From an uncultured Mycoplasmatota bacterium (GTDB lineage: Bacteria; Bacillota_I; Bacilli_A; RF39; UBA660): a DNA stretch of 64,000 bases. The stretch covers positions 32,252-96,251 of the forward strand of contig URNW01000001.1 of the NCBI GenBank assembly GCA_900549285.1. Direction: 5' to 3'. The number at the start of each line of letters is the position of its first letter. Position 1 is the stretch's first letter. Under the pieces are notes generated by a model that made no database searches, had not been told where the DNA came from, and saw only the letters and a list, made by a program, of their open reading frames with translations. Positions 57,928 to 64,000 of the stretch are shown one piece after another. The translations under genes were made by a program, and so were the position numbers.

Positions 57928-58004
57928 AAAACTACACCCCTTTAAGTGGCTTTATTTTATCATAAATTTTAAAATTTGTAAAATAAAAAGGAAGAAAGTT
58001 CTTC

Positions 58005-58187
58005 CTAATTGTTATTACTCCAGCTCCATCCAGCGCCAATAATAATAACAAGTAAAATAAATAAGACGATCCATATAGCGGCTCCTATACCATAGCCACT
58101 TGTATATCCAGCATATCCTGTATTACAACAAGGTTGGTATCCACCATAGCCACCGCCATAGTAGCCATTATTTCCATAATAATACAT
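58005..58187 (-). CDS. YjcZ-like Gly/Tyr-rich small membrane peptide (sporulation-associated family).
   Basis: MYYYGNNGYYGGGYGGY... then the TM segment IWIVLFILLVIIIGA, as in YjcZ-family peptides. A terminator hairpin AGGAAGA-aagt-TCTTCCT lies downstream on the minus strand (57989-58006). Confidence 0.5.
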   Translation of the reverse strand: MYYYGNNGYYGGGYGGYQPCCNTGYAGYTSGYGIGAAIWIVLFILLVIIIGAGWSWSNNN

Positions 58188-58309
58188 ATTTATACCTCCT
58201 TTATGTATCTATTATAGTTTACTCATTTAGGCACCATTTTGACATTAAAATTTTATAATTCATAAAATTTCTTTAAAATAAATAAGGAATATGATAAACT
58301 ATATATAGG

Positions 58310-59482
58310 GTGTTATTAGTGAAGAAACTATTTAGTAAAATGGACAAATGGTTGTTAATTTTAATGATTATATATAGTATTGTAGGATTAATTATGATTT
58401 TTTCCTCATCAAGTGTATCCACTGTATTAAGATATAATGTTCCCCAATACCATTTTTTTCTTAGACAAGCCATTTTTTTATTAGGAGCATTTATCATTGG
58501 CTTTTTAATTGTAATACGTTTTCCAACAAGCAAGTATAAATATATAGCTCCTTTTGCCATTATAGGCATCATTGTAGCATTACTAGGATTACTAATCTAT
58601 GGACAATTAACCAATAATGCACGAAGCTGGTATGATTTAGGTCCTTTTGCTTTGCAACCAAGTGAGTTTGCTAAATCTATTATTATTGTTTTTTTAGCAG
58701 TTGCATATAGTAGATTAGAAAAAAGAAAAACTGGAAATATTTATGCGTTTTTATTTCCAGTAGCAATATGCTTAATAATAGCTATTTTAATTGCAATGCA
58801 GCCTGATTTTGGTACAGCTCTTATTATATGTGGAATCATCTTTTTTATTTTTATAAGCATTCCTTTTGTTAAAAAAAATATTATAAAAGTATTAAAAATT
58901 GGTGGTGTTTGTTTAGTAGTAGCAGTTTTAGCTCTACTTTATAGTAATACAGAAATATTTAACTCAAGGCAATTGCAGCGTTTTGAATTTCGCAATCCTT
59001 GTGAAAGATATACAGAAGATACAGGATATCAAGTATGTAATGGTTTTATAGCAATTCATAATGGTGGATTATTTGGAGTAGGATTAGGAAATAGTAGTCA
59101 AAAATATTTATATTTACCAGAAAGTCATACTGATTTTATTTTTCCAATCATTGTAGAAGAGTTAGGATTAGTAGTTGGGATAGTATTAATAGTTGGTTAT
59201 ATGGTAATGTTGTGGCGAATTTTAATTATTGCTAGACAGGCAGAAAATTTAAGATTAAGTATTTTAGCTTACGGTGTATTTTTATATCTTTTGTTCCACA
59301 TATTAATTAATTTATTGGGTATTTTAGCCCTAATACCTTTAACTGGAGTTCCACTTCCGTTATTAAGTTATGGTGGTTCTTTTACCATTAATGTAGTGCT
59401 TATGCTCTTTGTCGTAGAAAGAGTATCAATTGAAAATAAAACAATCAAAGCCAAAAGAGAAATGGCTCAAATAACAAATTAA
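58310..59482 (+). CDS. ftsW: FtsW/RodA/SpoVE-family peptidoglycan glycosyltransferase.
   Basis: 10-TM SEDS protein with conserved motifs (PDFGTA, LPESHTDFIF). Confidence 0.85.
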   Translation: MLLVKKLFSKMDKWLLILMIIYSIVGLIMIFSSSSVSTVLRYNVPQYHFFLRQAIFLLGAFIIGFLIVIRFPTSKYKYIAPFAIIGIIVALLGLLIYGQLTNNARSWYDLGPFALQPSEFAKSIIIVFLAVAYSRLEKRKTGNIYAFLFPVAICLIIAILIAMQPDFGTALIICGIIFFIFISIPFVKKNIIKVLKIGGVCLVVAVLALLYSNTEIFNSRQLQRFEFRNPCERYTEDTGYQVCNGFIAIHNGGLFGVGLGNSSQKYLYLPESHTDFIFPIIVEELGLVVGIVLIVGYMVMLWRILIIARQAENLRLSILAYGVFLYLLFHILINLLGILALIPLTGVPLPLLSYGGSFTINVVLMLFVVERVSIENKTIKAKREMAQITN

Positions 59483-59512
59483 AAATCGTAAAAATAAATT
59501 ACGATTTTTTTC
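59482..59512. terminator. Bidirectional terminator.
   Basis: AAAATCGTAA-aaataaa-TTACGATTTT followed by TTT. Confidence 0.6.
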
Positions 59513-59729
59513 TTGGATATGGTTTTCTTTCATCTGTTAAATCTAGAAGATAATCAACACTAGTATTATAAAATAAGGCTAGTTTAATTAAAGAATTTTT
59601 GTCAATACTTATTTCTCCGCTTTCATAGCGAGAATATGTTTGCTGACTGACATTTAAAATTTTAGCAATGTCTTTTTGAAACAAATCTCTATCTTCTCTG
59701 ATATCTTTAAGTTTTTCCATAACTATCAC
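59499..59729 (-). CDS. XRE-family HTH regulator.
   Basis: FQKDIAKILNVSQQTYSRYESG HTH. Divergent from the 59874 gene. Confidence 0.75.
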   Translation of the reverse strand: MIVMEKLKDIREDRDLFQKDIAKILNVSQQTYSRYESGEISIDKNSLIKLALFYNTSVDYLLDLTDERKPYPRKKS

Positions 59730-59763
59730 CGATTGTAATTTTACAATATTCGTAAAAAGTGTA

Positions 59764-59792
59764 TTGACTTATACGCGTAATATGCGTATAAT
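59764..59792 (+). promoter_or_regulatory. Promoter of the 59874 gene, with a palindromic operator.
   Basis: TTGACT, 17-nt spacer, TATAAT. Inverted repeat TATACGC-gtaatat-GCGTATA (59770-59790) spans the spacer and -10. A second inverted repeat ATACAC-gttataa-GTGTAT lies just downstream. Confidence 0.45.
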
Positions 59793-59873
59793 ATTATTAA
59801 AATACACGTTATAAGTGTATAAAATAATAAAAAATAATTAAATGAAGCATAGCGTCATGTTAGGAGAAATAAT

Positions 59874-61178
59874 ATGGAAATAGAAACTTTAAAGAAAAGC
59901 CATTTAAAAAGAAATATTGTAATAGCTGTGGTAGTAGTAGCAATTATTAGTGCAATAGTACTTAATTTTACAAGGGCAAAATATAAAAATACAGAGTCAA
60001 TACCACTAGTAAATGGAACAATTAACTATACACCATATGATTTAAAAATGGTTGCTATGTATCAAGAAGAAAATGGAGATTATAAAAGTATAGATACAGT
60101 ACCAACTAGTGGATATACTTTAAATGAAGAGAAAAGCTATTGTGAGGTAAATGATGCAAAAGATGACAACATATCTATGGAATATAAAGATGGTAAAGTA
60201 TATATAGGAGTAAGTAAAAAAGGAACAAAATGTTATTTGTATTTTGATATACAAAATCAATATTTAGTAAAGGAATATCTTCTATCTAAATATCAAACAA
60301 TTTTAGCAAGAAATGATTTTAATGTAGCTTTAACTGAAAATACAACAGGAATAATTTATCAAGGTGAAGATAATGATGGGCAAACATACTATTTTGCAGG
60401 TAATCCCACTGATAATTGGGTCAAATTTGCAGGATTTTACTGGAGAATTATAAGAATCAATGGAGACGGAACGCTAAGACTAATATATAACGGAATAAAT
60501 GCGGACGCTACAGGTGATAACACTTCGATAAAATTAGGTTCGTTTAATAACGATCGCACAAATAATATGTATGTTGGCTATAAATATACCAATAATGAAA
60601 TTCATGGTTTAAATTATGAGAGTACAATACTTATAGCATTAAATGAATGGTATCAAACAAATTTACAAAGTTATTCAGCGTATATTGATATTAATGCTGG
60701 TTTTTGTGGAGATCGGGAACCAAGTACAAACAATACAATCAGTAATGGTTCAGGAGGAACAGGAACAACAAATACTTATTATGCGTCATATATTAGATTA
60801 GTTGCTAATAAAAACCCAACATATAAGTGTAAAAGTAATGATTTATATACCACAAGTAAGAGTAATAAGGGAAATAAATCTTTATCTAATCCCATAGGAT
60901 TAATTAGTGCAGATGAAGTAGCCTATGCGGGTGGCTCAAGCAGTATATCAAATAACAATTACTTTCTTTTTTCGAAAGGCTCATATTGGACCATGTCGCC
61001 ATATTTTTTCTATAATAATGGAGCATATGTATTTTATGTTGATTGGTATACAGGTAAATTAGCCTATTTTTCTGTTAGTTCCAGTGCAGTGGGTATACGC
61101 CCAGTTATTAATCTAGCTAGTGATGTAACAATAAAAAGTGGGAATGGAACATCTAAAACACCGTATGAGATTAGTTAA
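59874..61178 (+). CDS. N-terminally anchored extracellular protein of unknown function (434 aa). Paralog of 37503-39191.
   Basis: See 37503-39191. Same N-terminus (M.IE.LK.SHLKRN..I.....AIISAIVLNFTRAKYK..ESIPL.NGTINY) and the same internal and C-terminal motifs. Confidence 0.6.
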   Translation: MEIETLKKSHLKRNIVIAVVVVAIISAIVLNFTRAKYKNTESIPLVNGTINYTPYDLKMVAMYQEENGDYKSIDTVPTSGYTLNEEKSYCEVNDAKDDNISMEYKDGKVYIGVSKKGTKCYLYFDIQNQYLVKEYLLSKYQTILARNDFNVALTENTTGIIYQGEDNDGQTYYFAGNPTDNWVKFAGFYWRIIRINGDGTLRLIYNGINADATGDNTSIKLGSFNNDRTNNMYVGYKYTNNEIHGLNYESTILIALNEWYQTNLQSYSAYIDINAGFCGDREPSTNNTISNGSGGTGTTNTYYASYIRLVANKNPTYKCKSNDLYTTSKSNKGNKSLSNPIGLISADEVAYAGGSSSISNNNYFLFSKGSYWTMSPYFFYNNGAYVFYVDWYTGKLAYFSVSSSAVGIRPVINLASDVTIKSGNGTSKTPYEIS

Positions 61179-61206
61179 TTATCAAATAGAGTTTAATAAT
61201 ATCATT

Positions 61207-62499
61207 TTAATATAGCTCATTTCTAATACTTTTAACGCATAAAATAACCACTATAAAAATATCTATAATTTCTGCTATAACTAAAGAATACATACCAATA
61301 TGACATAATGACAATAAAGACATAGAAAGTAGTTTAACAATAACTGCTACTATGGTAATAAACATAGTAGTTTTGGCTTTACCAATAGCTTGTAAAACAC
61401 TTTGTAAGGGTCCTTCCAAATAAAACAAAACAAAAAAGGGAGCTAATATTTCAATATATTCACTACCTTTAGTAGTGTTATATAAGATAGAAAGTAAAGA
61501 ATCACGAAAAATATAAATAAAAGTAGAAAAAATAATACCTACCGCAAAAGACAATATCAGAGCTTGTTTTAATCTTCTTTTAACCATGCTAATGTTTTTT
61601 TGATAATAAAATCTGGATATTTCTGGAAGTAATGAAGAAGATATAGCAGCGATAAAAAAAGAAGGCATAGCAAGTAAAGAAATAGTATAAGCATTATATG
61701 CACCATATTCATTTAAAATAAATGACATTGAATATCCTGAAAATAAAAGAATATTAGTAAGTAAAATAGGTTCAAAGAAAAAGCCTACATTACCAATTAA
61801 TCTCCCTGAAACAGTAGGAATAGAAAGATTTAAAATTTCTTTTGTTGTTTTCATATCAGGTTTTAAATCCTTTCTTGTAATTTTAAATTTTTTAGGTAAA
61901 AAAGCTAAAAAAACGAAAATAGAAGCGAGCTCTGAAGCAATACTAATAAGAATAAGTCCCATAACCGAATATACAATTCCTTTATTAACAAGAGAAGGAA
62001 TGATTAAAAAAATTAAAAATACCCGTGCAATTTGCTCAATAATATTAGAAATTGTATGAGGTATCATTTTTTGTTTCCCATAAAAATAACCTTTCAGAAT
62101 ACTTGAAATAGACACAAATGGAAAAGTAAGAGCCATAGCCATTAATAAAATACTGCATCTTTCATCATTTAATAGAGTAGTGGCAATAAAATCTTTGGTA
62201 AAATAAATAATAACAATAACAATTAAATTTAGAATAAGCGTAATTACAGTTGCACTCGTAATAATTTTAATACTTTTTGTTTTAGCTTCACTAATTAATT
62301 TAGAAATAACTATTGGTAAAGAAAGAGTAGCAATTGTAAGAAGTAAAGAATAAGTAGGCATAACAAGAGAATATAAATTAATCGCGTCGCTTCCAACCAT
62401 TCTTGTATAAATGATCCGAATACCAAACCCCAATATTTTAGTAATAAATCCGCCAATCATTAAAATGAAAGTAGCTCTTAAAAATTTATTTTGTTTCAT
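61207..62499 (-). CDS. MOP-superfamily polysaccharide/lipid II flippase (SpoVB/YtgP/MurJ-like).
   Basis: 430 aa with 12 or more TM segments. Conserved N-terminal R and K residues. Sits next to comN as B. subtilis spoVB does. Confidence 0.65.
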   Translation of the reverse strand: MKQNKFLRATFILMIGGFITKILGFGIRIIYTRMVGSDAINLYSLVMPTYSLLLTIATLSLPIVISKLISEAKTKSIKIITSATVITLILNLIVIVIIYFTKDFIATTLLNDERCSILLMAMALTFPFVSISSILKGYFYGKQKMIPHTISNIIEQIARVFLIFLIIPSLVNKGIVYSVMGLILISIASELASIFVFLAFLPKKFKITRKDLKPDMKTTKEILNLSIPTVSGRLIGNVGFFFEPILLTNILLFSGYSMSFILNEYGAYNAYTISLLAMPSFFIAAISSSLLPEISRFYYQKNISMVKRRLKQALILSFAVGIIFSTFIYIFRDSLLSILYNTTKGSEYIEILAPFFVLFYLEGPLQSVLQAIGKAKTTMFITIVAVIVKLLSMSLLSLCHIGMYSLVIAEIIDIFIVVILCVKSIRNELY

Positions 62500-62568
62500 A
62501 TGTCCCCCTTTTAAAATTTTATGATTTAGTATATAATTAAATATATGAAATTAAATTTTATTTAGTAG

Positions 62569-62859
62569 GTGAGAAAATTGCATAATGAAATTAAGTTTAA
62601 AAGTCTTGCAGAATTATACGAAAGAATATTACCAGCTTTAAGAAGCAAAAGAAGAGAATTAAGAAAAAAAGGGATGGACTATATTGGTGAAGAAGATATT
62701 TGGAATTATTTAAAAAATTACAAATGGACAACTTCAAGTGCTCTTGATTTAGGAGATATGGTAAATGATATTTTTAATATTGAAATTCCTGAATTAGATC
62801 ACTATGTAAAAGAAGAGTTAAAAAAATATAGAAGGAAACCGAATCAAGAGGAGATATAG
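62569..62859 (+). CDS. comN: ComN-like post-transcriptional regulator (YrzD family).
   Basis: LYERILPALRSKRRELRKKGMDYIGEEDIWNYLKNYKW resembles the B. subtilis ComN core. Confidence 0.65.
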   Translation: MRKLHNEIKFKSLAELYERILPALRSKRRELRKKGMDYIGEEDIWNYLKNYKWTTSSALDLGDMVNDIFNIEIPELDHYVKEELKKYRRKPNQEEI

Positions 62860-64000
62860 ATGAAAACAGAAGAAGAAACGATAACCTTTGAAAGCGTTTA
62901 TGAAAGCATAAAAGAAAACATTAAAGATACAGAAGAACTATTAAAAATTAAAGAAGCTTATCAGTTTGCTTTAGAAAAACATAAAGGAATGAAAAGACTA
63001 ACTGGGGAGGATTTTATTACTCATCCTTTGCATGTTGCTAAAATAGTAAATAGTCTAAATGTAGATGCAACAACAATTATTGGTGCATTATTACACGAAG
63101 TAATGAATAATGGTGAAACAGAATTAGATGAACTAAAAGAAAAATTTGATTCTACTGTTGCAACAATTGTTGATTCAATTACGAAAATTAATAAGTTAGA
63201 ATTAGTAGATGACTCTGAATCTAGTGCGATTTATCTGAGAAAAGTATTAGTTGGTCTTGCAACAGATGTCCGTGTATTATTTATCAAATTAGCAGATCGT
63301 TTACATAATATGCGAACCAATTATGCCATCAACCCTAAAAAGCAAAAGCAAAAAGCCTATGAAACAATGGCAGTATTAATACCAATTGCTCACCGTTTAG
63401 GAATTAATTCTATAAAGAGTGAATTAGAAGATTTATGTTTATATTACACCAAACCTGATGTTTATAATGATATATTAGAAAAGTTAAATGAAACACAGAA
63501 GGAATTAAATGATTCCTTAGAGGAAATGCAAGAAAGTATAACGAATATTTTAACTGAACAAGGATTGAAATTTAAAATAAAAGGAAGAGTAAAGAGTGTT
63601 CATAGTATTTATAATAAATTATCAAACGGCAAAAAATGGAATGAAATTTATGATATTTTAGCTCTAAGAGTAATTTTAGAAACAGTAAGCGATTGTTACT
63701 TAGCAGTAGGACTTGTTCATGCAAAATATCGTCCAATACCAAAGCGTTTTAAAGATTATATTGCTATGCCGAAAGCTAACATGTATCAATCTCTTCATAC
63801 CACAGTATTTGGAGTGGATGGACATTTATTTGAAGTTCAATTTAGAACATATGAAATGGACGAATTTGCCGAAAAAGGAATGGCTTCTCACTGGTCATAT
63901 AAAGAACATGGAACTAAAAAAGTACAAAATATAATGGAACAAAAATTAGAAATGTTTCGTAATTTAATAGAAACTCATGAGGAAGTAGATGACTTAGCCT
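62860..64000 (+). CDS. relA: Bifunctional (p)ppGpp synthetase/hydrolase RelA/SpoT. 3'-partial, runs off the window.
   Basis: HD hydrolase domain (HPLHVA, LLHEV..D), then the synthetase domain (RVKSVHSIYNKL, DILALRVI). No stop codon before the window end. Confidence 0.85.
   Translation, partial: MKTEEETITFESVYESIKENIKDTEELLKIKEAYQFALEKHKGMKRLTGEDFITHPLHVAKIVNSLNVDATTIIGALLHEVMNNGETELDELKEKFDSTVATIVDSITKINKLELVDDSESSAIYLRKVLVGLATDVRVLFIKLADRLHNMRTNYAINPKKQKQKAYETMAVLIPIAHRLGINSIKSELEDLCLYYTKPDVYNDILEKLNETQKELNDSLEEMQESITNILTEQGLKFKIKGRVKSVHSIYNKLSNGKKWNEIYDILALRVILETVSDCYLAVGLVHAKYRPIPKRFKDYIAMPKANMYQSLHTTVFGVDGHLFEVQFRTYEMDEFAEKGMASHWSYKEHGTKKVQNIMEQKLEMFRNLIETHEEVDDLA

Overview
This is a very AT-rich (about 25-28% GC) chromosomal window with a low-GC Firmicute gene order and several sporulation-associated genes.

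Housekeeping content:
- rpsU-yqeY and infC-rpmI-rplT
- alaS and serS
- sufS-sufU
- rimM-trmD
- lepA and hemW
- comEA-comEC-holA
- rnhC, cvpA, trxA
- rnc-smc
- def and ftsW
- comN-relA

Sporulation-associated genes:
- a SpoIIID-like regulator and a GerE-like regulator
- a YjcZ-like peptide
- SpoVB/YtgP-like, SpoIIIAH-like and GerM-like candidates

Several proteins are unusually compact or fused. AlaRS is 583 aa and lacks a C-Ala domain. SMC is 981 aa. L20 carries a C-terminal Rho_N-like extension.

RNA genes are tRNA-Arg(TCT) on the minus strand and a tRNA-Lys(CTT)/tRNA-Ile(GAT)/tRNA-Glu(TTC) cluster.

Main accessory or novel content:
1. The 5' end of the window (1-2460) holds a bacteriocin-type locus. 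It has a peptide-export ABC transporter, a short accessory protein and three tandem, previously uncalled double-glycine-leader peptide genes (43-47 aa). A small membrane protein that may confer immunity follows.
2. Two paralogous divergent cassettes lie about 22 kb apart. Each pairs an XRE-family regulator with a large N-terminally anchored extracellular protein of unknown function. They share a 5'UTR motif and have palindromic operators in their promoters.
3. A 1.6-kb decayed integrative-element remnant lies immediately downstream of the tRNA cluster. It is bounded by a chimeric partial tRNA 3'-end repeat. It carries a frameshifted integrase C-terminus and a frameshifted XRE repressor.

Regulatory RNAs inferred are an L20-leader-like attenuator upstream of infC and a T-box leader upstream of serS.

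All functional calls come from motif recognition by eye. No database searches were run.
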